DNA of 64,000 nucleotides from Plasmodiophora brassicae (lineage: Eukaryota), in contig CP145419.1 of assembly GCA_036867785.1 (NCBI GenBank), forward strand, positions 930,001 to 994,000. The letters are read 5' to 3'. This document shows, one piece after another, positions 35,533-47,960 of this stretch. A program made the position numbers and the translations under genes. The notes under the pieces were generated by a model that was given only the letters and a program-made list of their open reading frames with translations, was not told the DNA's origin and made no database searches. Positions within the stretch are counted from its first letter, which is position 1. The number at the start of each line of letters is the position of its first letter.

Positions 35533-38450
35533 ATGACGGTGGCGTCGTCGTCTGGGCCGGTCAGCCCCGCCCTGCTGGCCGCCCTGCAGGCGTCGCAGGA
35601 CCCGTCGCGATGCGCGGACGGCGAGGCCGCCCTCGCCGAGTACGCCAAGGCGCCCGGATTCGCGCTGTCGCTCCTCGTACGTGCGCGGTGTCGCCCACCG
35701 GGGGTTGTCCGATATGAACGGCAGTGATCGGATCAGGCGCTGTTCTGCACGGAGGGGTTCGCGGTTAACGATCGGCAGTTGGCCGGCGTTCTGCTGAAGT
35801 CGTTGGCGAAATCCGGGTGGGATTCCGGCGAGGCGATCAGCGACGCCGAGAAGGCGCAGATTCGGTACGCGCTGCTGCGTCAGGTCGGCGCCTTGATCGA
35901 AACCAAACCGCTGCTGACCATGGCGTGCGCCCTGATCTGCACGATTGCCGAGGGCGATCTGCCGACGCATCAGTGGCCGGATCTCCTGCCAACGCTCCTG
36001 TCGTACGAAATTGGTTGTCTTTCGCCTGGAACCATTCCCCATTTGTGACGATGAATGCCGTATGTAGGTATATTAACGATTCGAGGTTAGCGCCCGCCGC
36101 TATCCATTGCGTTTCGTTACTCGTCACGGACCTTCCTCCCGAAGTCCTACCGGCGATCGCTGCGAGTCTCTATCCCGTCCTGACGGCCGTATTCACCAAC
36201 CCGTCCAACGATGCTGGTTTGCGGTACCAAGCCCTCGTCATATTCGCCGGGCTTCTGGACGGCATTGCGGCCGTTGACGACGATGTACCCGCTCTGAAGA
36301 GTGTGCTGAAGGAACACCTTGGGCAGTGGCTGCTCAGCCTGGTGGGCCTTTTCGCCACACCACCGGGCGCCATTCATGCCGAATTCCGATACGCCTTCCA
36401 CGTCGTTGCGTGTGACGTCTTCGGTGATGTGTTCCAACACTTCGGCAAGCTGCTCGCCCGGGAAGCGACAGCGATCCCGGCAATCGTGTCTGCTGTGCTA
36501 CAGTACTGTACAGCGCTGTCACACGAATATCAGGTTCGGGTTCGTCCGCAGGACTCTTCCGCCCACACGCCCTGATATTGCCAGTTCTAGGTCGGCTACA
36601 TCAACCAAGCGTGCGCCGAGGAATGTTCGATCGATCGTGGGTCCCTGCCCGACCTCCTTGCTGCGGCACTGGACATGTTCTTAATATTCTTTAACCATCT
36701 CAAGGAGAACCTGGAAGGTGTCGTTCGTCTGGCCGAAGTAGCCATGCAGGTCCCGTTCGGCGATGAGCCGCAGATGGCGGACGACGACTCGTGCTGCGAC
36801 TCGACATACACGCCCCGCATGGCTGCGTTGGATTTCCTCGGCAGGGTGCGGGACGGTGATGCGGAGTTGATTGCACGAGAAGCCTACGGCTGCATTACGA
36901 CCGGGGCAACGTGGCAGGTTCGCGAAGTCGGGTTTGCCATGCTGTCCGTCCTGGGTTGCGCTCCCGGCCCCCTGATGCCCGCCGTGCTTGCGGCCAGCGA
37001 GGACCTCAGCAATCCGCACATCCAGGCCAGCGCCGTCTCCGTCCTGCCATCTGGGACATGCGCCCTGAACGCGTTGAAGTCACCAGCGGAAGCCGTGCGG
37101 CTTGCTGCCGCCAAAGTACTGGCGGACGCGGACGCGCCTGTTCCACCAGTGCCCATTGATGCGGTCCAGGTCCTGTCTGAAGGACTTGCGAGCATCAGTG
37201 AGGCGCACCTGCCGCTGTGGCTGCGTGCCTTGCGAGTTGCCGTCGGAGATGGCTCCGCCGTACCGTTGGTATGTCACCGAACGCGCTGCCCTCGTTCTGA
37301 TCAAGCGTGTCTCATGTTTGCTGTGCACCGCTAGACCACTGTCATGCCCTACTTGCTGTCGACGTGGTCGTCGCACTCGACCAACGTCACCGTCGTCCGG
37401 CATGTCGTTGACGTTTTATCGGTCTTCGCAGGCACGTCGTCCCCGCCGCTTGCCCGTATTGCGCACGACCTGCTGACCTCACCGGCGTCCTCCGCCTCTG
37501 TCATGGAAGGCGCCCTGGACCTCCTCGGTCGCCTACCGTTCGATGATGACCTCTGCCAAGCGTCGATGCAGACGCTGGGTCACGTGCTGGGCACGGCGCA
37601 AGACGCGTCCATCGCCATCGCCTGTGCCAACGTCCTCGCACTGATGTTTACCAAGGTGCCGACGGCCTCCGCTCCGTTCCTGTCTTCAACGATCGCCGTC
37701 GTGCGGGACAAGATCCGGGAGTATCCCATCGCGAACTTGCTGTTCGCGATCGTGTCCTCGTTCGCCGGCAATTTCGCGCCCAGTGACATCGCGTCGGCGA
37801 TCGACGCCGTCGCACCTCGCGTTCGTAACGGCGATTCCGACGCCGTTCTTGTCGTCGCTAAAATCGTGCACACGTTCCGATCCCAGGCGTTCCTGGACGC
37901 TGGCGGCAGTCGCCTTCTGGAGGACTGGGTCGCCAGGCAGGATGACGTTCACTTGCCATGCGCCAAGCGCCTGACGCTGAGCGCTCTGGCTGTCCTCGTT
38001 TCGGAAGCCGCTCGTGCGACCGAATGCGTCGCTGTGAAAGGCTACGCGGTCGTCGACACGTCCGCGCCCAGGCGCACCCGGTCTTCGTCCAGGAGTGCAC
38101 CAGCCGCCGTGCAATATGTCCCAATACCGTTCCCGGCCAAAGTCATCTCCCTGCTCGTCAACGAGTGGAACGCCGATGTCGACGACGCCTTGGATTCCAG
38201 CACCGACAACGACGATGACGACGCGGCGTCGCTGGTCGACGGGCAGGCCATTTTCGATCAGCTGGATGAATGCGATGACGGCGACGGCGAACATATCGCC
38301 AGCGGCGATCCCGCTGGAAACCTGGACATTCGGGCATTCGTACCGGAATTCCTGACGCGTTTCGCCCGCGCCGACCTGGCCCTGTTCCGACGCTATGTGT
38401 CGCAGTTAAACTCTGCCGACCGCCACCTCGTTGACCGGTGCTTGGCGTGA
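35533..38450 (+). CDS. IPO9: Importin-9-like karyopherin beta
   Basis: IBN_N-like RQLAGVLLKSLAKSGW...EKAQIR...D.PTHQWPDLLP. C-terminal RRTRS...YVPIPFPAKVISLLVNE followed by an acidic patch, as in importin-9. Confidence 0.78.
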
Positions 38451-38580
38451 CGACGGCTGACGAACCATATTATTGATATTGTTCCATCCGAGTAAACACA
38501 GCGTCCACGATCGCGCAGCGTCGACGCGAAAACGACTCTGCTGTCGCGCGGCCGACATGACGAACAGGCCCGCATGGTCG

Positions 38581-41500
38581 TTACACAAAGTAGGAGGAGG
38601 CGCAGTGAATGTCCAGAATGACGTCGAGCTGCTCTTCGGGAAGTTTGCTGCGGACGCTGTGCCAGTCGTCCTGGTGCATGTGCTTCCAGTCGAGGAACGC
38701 TTTGCGGATGGCGCTGCCAACAGGGTCCCGTTCGTGGGACCTGCGCGCCAGCAACGACAGGACGGCAGGCAGCCAAGGCGGCACGTCGTACGCGGCGGAT
38801 CGTAGCAAGGCAATCAGGCCCAGCGTCGCGCCGTGCCGGTTGAACACATCCTGGCGGGTGTCCCCAGCGACAGCAGAGTCCAGCACGCGTCCAAACCTGC
38901 GAGCCATCCAGTTGGTGGTATGCAGGGGGCCCAGATGTACTGTCGGTGCATACCTCGTTATCAGCGCGTCCAGCGAGATGCGCTCCTGGCACCAGGTCGT
39001 CGCTAGGTGCACAGCCGTCAGCGTCTGGGCGGCGGCAACGCGAACGTCAAGCTCGGGGTCGTCGACCAGGTCGAGGATGAGCGTGAACAGCGACTGAATC
39101 AGAGGTGGCGACAAGAGCAGACCGTGGCGGGAGACCAGGCGTCGAAGCGCGCCTAGGGAGCAGCGCCGCGTTCGAGCGGACGACGACGCTCGACACGTGG
39201 TGACGAGACAGTCGATGACAGGAGCAACCTCGTCCGCTCCAAACATCATCCAGGCGGCTGTGTTAACCGCGTGCCGCGCATGGGATGCGGTTTCGTTGTT
39301 GCTGTTCCCGACGCCGTGCTCGAGGAGAGCCGGCAACAGGGACGCGAACACCAGCGACGAAACGCTGAGCGAGCCCGGGTCACAGAGCCGGATCAGGATC
39401 GTCATGAAGTCGATGCAGTACCGGGATTCGTCATCGTCGCGGCTCTGCGCGCACGCTTTGACGACGTTCCCCAGGAACTCGCGCAGAGCCGGGTCGTCCT
39501 CAGGCCTGGATACCAGGAGACGCCCACAATCGGAACGATGGGACGGCTCAGGCGTGACGACACCGTGCATGGCAAGGTGGGCCGTGCATGCGATCGACGA
39601 ACGGATCGTTTTCGACGGAACATGCTGTAGAGACACGTGTCACAGATGCCGTCAGATCGCGAGCGATAACACAGGCTTACAAGGTATCGACGCCCGACAC
39701 GACGCAGGACGACTCTCGCAAGGGCACGCGCACGCCACCCAAACTCTGCAAGCGCGAGGCCGACCAGCTGGATTTGGAACCGATGCAGAGCCGTGGTCGT
39801 CGACGCGGACTCGTAGCCGAGAGGGAACGCCATCTCCAGTACGGGCTTGATCAGCCACATGGACCGTCGAGGGTCCCCGCTCCTTGAGCACGCATACCTG
39901 AAGGCAGATGCCCATTCGGGATACGCTTCCGGATCCGCCTGCTGCGTAGACGACGTGAAGTAGTCCAGCAATTGATCGGAACCGCCGTCGTTAGTCAAAG
40001 AGGCCCACATTTCAGATCGTGTCGCAGCCGTCGTCCTCGTCGACTGATGCGACGACGAGGGCTTCACGTCGGCATCGAGCGGTGGAACGGGACCAACGGA
40101 TGCCCAGAACGCGACAAAGCGCGCCGAGAACAAGGACGACGCGATCTCGGCTCGCCCGCGACTGGCGGGCCAGTACGGACGTCGACGGGAATGGTCGGCA
40201 ATGCTGTTCGACGACTGATGCTTCATCCCAGGTGCATGGCGATGCGTTTCAATGGCGTTGGCGATGACGGATCTGTGTTCAAGCGCCCACGAATGAAGCC
40301 ATTGCGGCCGAACGCCCGCGTAGGCCTCAGGCAGACAGCGGTATCCATTGGGGCGCTTCGCGATGACCGATGTCGTCCAACCTAGGACGGCATCGTCACA
40401 GTAAGGACCTTCCAGGGGCGAACAATGAAGTTCGGAATCGACATCGCCTTCCAGGCACACCGGGTCGAACGTCAACCCGACACCGGGTTCAGGTTTCGCG
40501 GAGCATAACGACGTGATGGCGTCCAGAGCGAGGCTGAATTCATGCTGGGAGGCAGACGACAACAGCAGCGTCGTGAAGTACGACACGGTGTCGTCGACCT
40601 TGGGGCAGCACGCTAGCCGGAGGGAATGGGCCGCCAAGGCCTGCTTCCAGTGTAGCGATGATATCGGCCGCGCCACTGGTATTGCGGTTGACGAAGGGAG
40701 AAGCAGGGTCCAGATGGCGATGATGGCAGCGTTGACGAAGGCTTGCAGTTTGGCATCATTGCAGTCGATGCAGATCAGGCGCTCGAGGTAGGCCGACGGA
40801 TCATCGCAAACAACCTCCAGGACTCGATGAATCAGCAGCAGGCCAAACGCTGTTCGGAGGACGTCGTTGTCGTTCGCGCCCAATAGGGCGTCGCGGACGA
40901 ACGCCAGGACTAGATCGAGCGCCGGCCGACCATCATCCTGCGACACCACGTGTACCACGAGCCGAGCAGCTGGCAGGTACACGCGAGGATACGCCACGTG
41001 GATAACGGAAAGAACAGACGAAAGGATATCCTGCATGGACGGGTCAGGCACGAGTTGACCGAAATAGCAAACGGCAACACGCTCACCATGAGATGGGCTT
41101 GGTTGCGGTTCCGGAGCATGCCTCGATAACGTCGGAAGGTGTGGACCTCGGCGGCCTGAACGAGAAGAGGGCGGACGCGGCACACATGCCCATGCCATAC
41201 GTCGTGTTCGTCAGCGACGCTGGACAGGGCGTCGTCATGGCGAGATGCCCGACTACCGCTACAAGCGACAAAGGCGCACTTGACGGTCTGCACGAGATGC
41301 TCCATGACGGACGGGCTTGCAGAAAACCGAGCAGCAACATTGATCATCGCGGCCGCCGGCAAATCGACATGCATGGGTGCCCCTCGAATCACGGACCGTA
41401 CCCGCAGCAACGCCCGAATGGTCGCTTCCGAATCCGTTCCTGATTCCAGGACGGCAACGGACTGCGACAGGATCCCCTGGGCGAGATCACGGGCGGCTTC

Positions 41501-43638
41501 AACCTCGGATTCGCTTGGAACATGCCATCGAACGGACAGGTCTTCCGACGTCCCTGGTAGCAAGCCCGGCGATAGATCGCACACGTAAATGTCGGTCAAC
41601 GCAAGGAGGACATTGCGCACCAGTTTGTTCGCGAACGATCGAACGCGGACCGAATCATCGCAGGCCAACAAATCAATGACGGAAGCGACATCGTCCATGT
41701 GGGCCAACAGCGCTGTCCCAGTGCGGCGAACGACACAGGACATCAGGTACACCAGCCACTCCTTGTGGCCGGAATCGTGTTTCAGCGCAGCGCTGAGAGC
41801 GGGAACGAACAGGCCCAGGCACCACGCCGGGTCGACGAACGAGGCAGCGGAACAGGCGGCACCGAAGAAGCGACGCGCGTTGGTCGCGGCGCTCGACATG
41901 ACGTGGTTGAGGATGCGACGGGCGCAGACGCGATACAGATCCGTTGGCATTGCCGCGTAAAACGCAGTCATGAGGCGTCGAACGTCGCTCAGCATCGTGA
42001 CATCGTCTGCGCTCTTCTTCTGGTATTCGCCCGAACGCACGAAGAAGTGCAGAAGGTGGTCGTGGAGCGCGAACATGGTGTCCTCGTCGGCAGCGACGCG
42101 GGCGTCGGTCGCCTCTGATACCCTGGCGCACTGAAACAGTATCGTGAAGAGGCGCATGACCCAGCGACTGAACGACGGGTCGTTCGGGTCGAGAAGGCCG
42201 ATGGAGACCTGCAGCAAAGGCAGTGGCAGGTCGATGACGGGAGCGGCAGAGGTCATAAGCCTCAGGGCAGACAGGCGGCGATCCGCTCGCGACGTCGGCG
42301 ACATCAACGTCAAGTCAGCAACGTCAGCAACGGCGTCGGACACGCCCTCCGGATCGGCGAACGCCAGAAGGCGGAGCGCTCGAATGCCAGCCGACGAAAG
42401 CGAGGACGACTTGCTCAGAAGCGCCAGACGCGCCAGTGCGATCATTGACGTCGTGAACGTCGTTGATAGAGTCGCGTCGCTGATCCCACGCTGCTTGGCG
42501 AAGCAGAACGATGCCTCGCCGAGAAAACTCGACAGGCCGGGCGCCCACGACGATCCGTAATTCGACGGATGGTAAAACGTGGATAACGTGCGGGTCAGGT
42601 GCCCGAACAGGTGCACGTTGGACGCGTCCAGCGTCGCGACAACGATGCGTGCAAAGTATTTGGCCAGGCTCTTACGTCGCGAGTGGCCGCCGCTGCGGGA
42701 CAGCAGCAGGCGCACCGAGCCGGGCCACTGGACGACGCGTTGCGAATGCGACACGCCGTCGACGGGCAGGTTCAGCGAATGAATGAACCGCGTGTAGAGC
42801 CCGGGCAGGTGCGGCGTCCAGTCGTAGGCGCAGGAACGCGCCACGCGCGACAGGACCGAGAGGAACGCCGCCGACGTTGGCCCAATCGTGTCGATCCACG
42901 TCGACGCCTGAAGCAGCTGATCGGCAAGCGCGGCCGTACCGACGGCCCCCTTGCGGATCGGCAGGAACACCGCCAGTAATCCCAGGGCCCGAAAGAACAC
43001 CTTCTGCGACGGGTTCAGGTACGGCATGAGCCGCGCGGCGATGGCCTGGTCCGCGTCCCTGCTGAAGTGACGCCGGCCGTCGTCCGCCAACGATATCAGA
43101 CTTCCGGCCACGTTCAGACGACGACTTGACCCGGATATGTTCAAAGACGGTCCCTGCAAGGGGGCGTGGATCAGGGAACGCGCGCAGAGCACGAACGCGT
43201 TTGGTTTACCTCCTCAACCTCATCGCACAGGTTCCAGATGGATTCGAGGAGCGGGACCCAGTCGAGTTCGATGGCGTCGGGCCTCAGCCTGGGGACGATG
43301 CGGACCAGGTCGGAGCACAGATCCGCCAGCAGCTCGTTGACAGGGACACCCGCGCTGAATATCGCCGGGTACGCAATGGAAATCAGGGCGACGCGATCGT
43401 CGTGGTCGATCGCGACCTTCGCGCGCACGAGCCGCCGAACGGGGCCGATGACGCGGTCGACGGCGTCGCGCCGCCCGGACGCGATCGCCAGCGGCAGGTC
43501 GCGTTTGACGGCGGCGATGCGTGCCGCGCGTTCGTCGAGCACGACGGCGCGCACGCCGTCGGGCATGTTGCAGAGGAGCGTCGACGGGCACGGCAGGCGC
43601 GGGTTGGCGCTCGACGACGACGACGACGACGACGGCAT
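38581..43638 (-). CDS. PSME4: Proteasome activator PA200/Blm10
   Basis: ELDWVPL, FYHPSN.G.W, LDPNDP and WHVPS. C-terminus HGATLGL...YDVPPWLP...DWKHMHQDDW...SSYFV* with an aromatic terminal docking motif. Confidence 0.9.
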
Positions 43639-43960
43639 CGCGGCGCCACACGACGACGACGACGACGACGTCTGCCCTGCAGCTCCGACTGGGGCGACAA
43701 CGGGCCCTGAGTCGCGCGCTCCCGTCGGACGATGCGCCGGCCACAAATCCGCCCCGCGTCCGCCCTGGGGGGTTTTGCTGTCGCGCTGCTCCACTGCGAA
43801 TTATAGCCGCACCCTCGACCGAGTAGATGCGAAGCGCCCTTCGTAATCGGCTGCGAACTTTGTTCGCATCAGGCGATGTGGTATCAGCTGTGAACGTGCG
43901 CCATACGCTGTATTCATCGTTGCGTTGGCAACAGGCCAACCAGGTGCAGGTCCGGTGGCT

Positions 43961-44773
43961 TCACGACGACGAACAGGCCGTGATCTTGGTTCGCTTGGAG
44001 AGTGTACCACGTTCACTTCCGTCGCCGTTGTCATCGCGCTGTCGTCTCCGAACCGCTGGACGTCTGCGGATTGCTTGCGCGATCAAGGTACGACGTTTCG
44101 AAGTCCACTCATTGAAGCGGATGACGCCTCCGTGTACGTCGTCGATCATCACACCACGGAACAGTCCGTCGGCCAGGGCAGGTTTCCATTTGAAAAAGCG
44201 GCCAACGAGAATGCGTCCGTCGGCCAGCACGGCCCGCCCGCGACCGTGGAACATGTTCTGATGCCACTGACCCTCCAGGACGCGCCCGCCAATGTCCGTC
44301 CACTTGCCCTGGCCGTGCCGATATCCTTTGACAAAGTGACCTTCGTATCGCCACCCATTCGCATGACTGGCGACGCCGTACCCGAACGCCAGGCCTTGCT
44401 TGTACTTGCCACGGTGACTGTACGATCCGTCGGCCGTCAAGTGTTCACCTTCGCCATGGTGCCATCCGGCGCACCACTGGCCCGCATACGTCCCGACGCC
44501 AGGGACAGTGGCCCGACCATGCCCGTGGGGAACCATGACGGCACCACTCCCCACCTGGATGACATCGCCGCTGTACGTGAAGCCTTTGGTGCTGTGAACC
44601 CAGCCAGCACGCGCACGACGCCAACGCTTCAGATCAATGACAAGTGCGGGAACAGATGGCTCTGGTTGCATAGGAGACGATGCAGCCTGCCTGGCGGCCA
44701 GTTCTCCTGCCGCACCGAGGTAAGCGACGGCGGCCACTGCTAGGGCTGCGATCATGTTGCCAGCTGACTGCAT
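43961..44773 (-). CDS. Secreted MORN-repeat protein, paralog 5
   Basis: Signal MQSAGNMIAALAVAAVAYLGAAG, MORN unit YEGHFVKGYRHGQG, and tail RRRQR...SKRTKI. Confidence 0.9.
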   Translation of the reverse strand: MQSAGNMIAALAVAAVAYLGAAGELAARQAASSPMQPEPSVPALVIDLKRWRRARAGWVHSTKGFTYSGDVIQVGSGAVMVPHGHGRATVPGVGTYAGQWCAGWHHGEGEHLTADGSYSHRGKYKQGLAFGYGVASHANGWRYEGHFVKGYRHGQGKWTDIGGRVLEGQWHQNMFHGRGRAVLADGRILVGRFFKWKPALADGLFRGVMIDDVHGGVIRFNEWTSKRRTLIAQAIRRRPAVRRRQRDDNGDGSERGTLSKRTKITACSSS

Positions 44774-44787
44774 AGTGCGTTTTGACA

Positions 44788-44983
44788 GAACGAGGTGGGC
44801 GAGTGCCCAGCGGGCCACTGGGACCCGGGTTCCGTCAGTCCGCAGTGTCTATTTCTGTCTCCACCCGCCCGTTAGCGACGGGTTCGATGTCGAAACGAGG
44901 TGGGCGAGTGCACTGCGGACGACAGGGACCGCGGTACTGTCAGTCCGGACCGTCTATTTCTGTTCCACCTGCCGTTAGCGGAC
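44788..44983. repeat. Diverged tandem duplication (period about 105 nt) upstream of MORN paralog 5
   Basis: aacgaggtgggcgagtgc...gtcagtccg...gtctatttctg...ccgttagcg occurs at about 44788-44880 and again at about 44892-44983. Confidence 0.85.
44849..44857 (-). promoter_or_regulatory. CAGAAATAG motif shared upstream of MORN genes
   Basis: The same 9-mer lies 73-75 nt before the ATG of paralogs 2 (26770-26778), 3 (27836-27844) and 5. Further copies at 44954-44962 and 48847-48855. Confidence 0.5.
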
Positions 44984-45474
44984 AGGTGCCTGGTGCCGGG
45001 TGGATGGTGGATGCCCAACGCAAGACGAACACACGGTCTATTGCCTTACGCTGAGGACATTCTTCATCACCTAACTGACGACATCGCAGGTCAGGACGTC
45101 TACAAGCTTGCTCTAAATTAATTTCGCCGCCCATGCATGCGACTCAGCGCGACGTGGTCCACCCAGTAAAGTTGACGTGCCAACTCCAGCAGCCAGCGTA
45201 AGACGTGCTACGGTTGCTTGGCCAACGCCGGACGTCGTCTGCGCACCCGTATAAAGGCCTTCAACAACGGTGCAGACACAAGACCCTATTGAACAAGGCA
45301 AATAGCTACCGATACCTAGAGTTGCTAGACGGGAAGGGCAGTGTATCTGGTCGAACGATCAGCGAATTTTGCTACCTATCTTTGCTTGAGACTATCGTCA
45401 AACGTTCCCAAACTGGTTCCCAAATGGATTAAAAAAGAACGCATGTGTGTACTGTTCAACGTCCGTCCACTCAT

Positions 45475-46233
45475 TCAGGAGCCGGTCTTGAGCCGCATAG
45501 GGCGAGGGGGATTGCCAGGTTTACCATCATCGTCCGCGTCGCGTCCGTGTTTTCGAGAAGCCGCTGACGCGTTCAGGATGTCCTTCTTCAGGGTCGGCTG
45601 CTTTAATTCGGTAACTTGTCCCATAGCGTCGACCAAATTGCCGCGAAACGATCCTCCAGCAATACTGGCTCCAGGTGCCCACTTGGTAAACTGGCCCTCA
45701 AGGATCATCCCGTTGGCCAGCATAACTCTTCCGTGTCCTTCAAACAGGTCGGCACGCCATTGACCCTCTAACAGCTGCCCATCGATATCCGTCCACTTGC
45801 CATGGCCGTTACGCTTGTCATCGAGATAGTGTCCTTCGTATCGCCACCCGTCCTCATGACTGTAAACGCCAAACCCGGCACGCAATCCATGTTTGAACCT
45901 GCCCCGAAAACTAAACGACCCGTCGGCTGCCATAACCTCGCCTTCCCCGTTCAGGCAACCGTCCGCCCACTGCCCCGTATTCGTTGCAACGTCTTTACAG
46001 CTGTACCGTCCATATCCGTGCGGAAGCTGCTTCTGGTCGTCAATGTCAACAACAGCGCCAGCGTAGACGTGCCCGTCAGTGTTGTGAGTCCATTGGTCTG
46101 TTCCCTCCACATGTGTCCACAGCTGCTTATCAATAACAACCGGGGCAGATTGCGGCGGGACGGGTACCGCACTGACGATGACGCTGGCCGCAGCGACTGC
46201 CGCGAATGCAAGCATGAGCTGATCGACGCCCAT
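45475..46233 (-). CDS. Secreted MORN-repeat protein, paralog 6
   Basis: Signal MGVDQLMLAFAAVAAASVIVSA, MORN unit YEGHYLDDKRNGHG, and tail RKHGR...RPMRLK. Confidence 0.88.
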   Translation of the reverse strand: MGVDQLMLAFAAVAAASVIVSAVPVPPQSAPVVIDKQLWTHVEGTDQWTHNTDGHVYAGAVVDIDDQKQLPHGYGRYSCKDVATNTGQWADGCLNGEGEVMAADGSFSFRGRFKHGLRAGFGVYSHEDGWRYEGHYLDDKRNGHGKWTDIDGQLLEGQWRADLFEGHGRVMLANGMILEGQFTKWAPGASIAGGSFRGNLVDAMGQVTELKQPTLKKDILNASAASRKHGRDADDDGKPGNPPRPMRLKTGS

Positions 46234-46962
46234 ACCGAAATGAGGGCGCCACCCCGCAATTTCTGAACGGCAGTCGCTCTCTCGCTAAATCTGGCCCCCG
46301 GAGGCCCCGACGAGGGCCCTCCACGCGCCGAGTGAGCTCGGCAGCTTGACTCTCGGATAAGCGGCAACACATGGTTGCCAGAATGCCATTCCCTGATCTA
46401 CAGCGGATCCCTCCACCAAGGCGTGAAAGGAATCGAGTATGCGTTCATCAAGAAAGCGGCTCATTCTGACGCATGCTATGTATCGTGGCGCACCCCAGTA
46501 ACGCCAGGGCGTACCCTCGACGTTACATGCGCCCAGAGCCTCTACCACGAAAACTTGAGGTACGTACAGGGTCGACTTAGGTACATACCAGAAGCTTCTC
46601 GTGAACGTCTGCTGCAGCCTGCTGGACCTGTTCTGAAACGTGAACGAGGGGATCCGCAAAGGGAACAGACTTCAACGTCAGGGACGAGGAGGGCGCAGTT
46701 GAGCGATTCCGAGTAATAAACCCGCTCTGCAATTTTCCTGAAACTCGTGCAACTCAGCGTTGAAACTCGCAGCAGCGAGCGACACCCGCGTTAGAGCAAT
46801 CGTCGAAAGCACGGTCTAGCACGGCCGTTAGTACTGCGACCGTTAAGAGAGGCGTTGGCGTAAAAAAGCATTTTAGCAGTTGGATTCAATGCTGGAGCTT
46901 GACCCCCGTTCTCAATGCCTAACTGGCAGGTTCAGCACGTCACCATCTCCCGATCGAGGCGT

Positions 46963-47631
46963 TCAATATGTCACGTTTTTCCATGTCCACTGGTCGATGT
47001 GTAGGACCTGGCGTCCCACAGCATCAAACATCTTGCCACTGAAGGATCCTTGCGCAATGTGTGCTTCAGGGGCCCATCCGGTAAACTGGCCGTTCAGGGA
47101 GCGTCCATCAGATAGAATAACCCGGCCGCGGCCTTCAAACCTGCCCTGTCGCCACTGACCCTCCAGGACCTGCCCTTCATTATCGGTCCACTTGCCGTGA
47201 CCATGTCGTTTTCCATTACGGTAATGCCCTTCGTACCGCCACCCGTCCGTATGACTAAGGTCGCCGAACCCAAACCTCGAGCCACGCTTGAACCTGCCAC
47301 GAAAGGTGACCGACCCGCCTGCCGGTACATACTCGCCTTCGCCATGCATTCGTCCGTTCTGCCACTGCCCCGTATAGGTCGCCACGCCAGGAACATGGCA
47401 ACGTCCGTGGCCATGCGGGACCATGCCAGTGTCGTTGTACTGGATGGCATCGCCACGGTATGTGGCGCCGGTACGTGTTTGTACCCAACGATTGACACCC
47501 ACGCGCTCCCAGTCGAGCTCAGCGTCAACAGTAACGGCAAAGGTCGGTCGGCGTCGGACAGGCGCCGCCCCGACGACAACGACGACAGCTACCAAGGCAG
47601 CTGTAACAACTGCGATACCGGCGTCCCGCAT
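46963..47631 (-). CDS. Secreted MORN-repeat protein, paralog 7, C-terminally frameshifted/truncated
   Basis: Signal MRDAGIAVVTAALVAVVVVVGA and intact MORN units. The frame shifts in the A5 run at 46976-46980, and the family motif KRDILNAS continues in another frame. Confidence 0.82.
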   Translation of the reverse strand: MRDAGIAVVTAALVAVVVVVGAAPVRRRPTFAVTVDAELDWERVGVNRWVQTRTGATYRGDAIQYNDTGMVPHGHGRCHVPGVATYTGQWQNGRMHGEGEYVPAGGSVTFRGRFKRGSRFGFGDLSHTDGWRYEGHYRNGKRHGHGKWTDNEGQVLEGQWRQGRFEGRGRVILSDGRSLNGQFTGWAPEAHIAQGSFSGKMFDAVGRQVLHIDQWTWKNVTY

Positions 47632-47960
47632 ACCCCGTTTGCGTCCAGGTCGATCCAATGCGGTGGGAATGCGCTTTCGGAACGGGACCAGCGCGCCCCC
47701 TTTTACTGCCACTGCTATTCTAGGCACAGATTGCAGCTGGACCGCCGGCAGACCGCTCTTGAGGAACCGTAGCGACATCGTCAAGGTCCGACTCACATGG
47801 GAACGTACAGCTGTTGTTCGACTGAGAATCGAAGATCGATGGGGAGCTGATCGGTTTCCACAGCCCCCACCTACTCCTACTCTACTTCTGAAGGCTTCCG
47901 AGAGGTTCTTCAAACAATGTGTAATAACAGCCCCGTGGCCGCCATCGTAAGCGTCAAACT

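Noticed and set aside
46290-46900. ORFs between MORN paralogs 6 and 7
   Set aside because: No recognisable homology or signal peptide; left unannotated.
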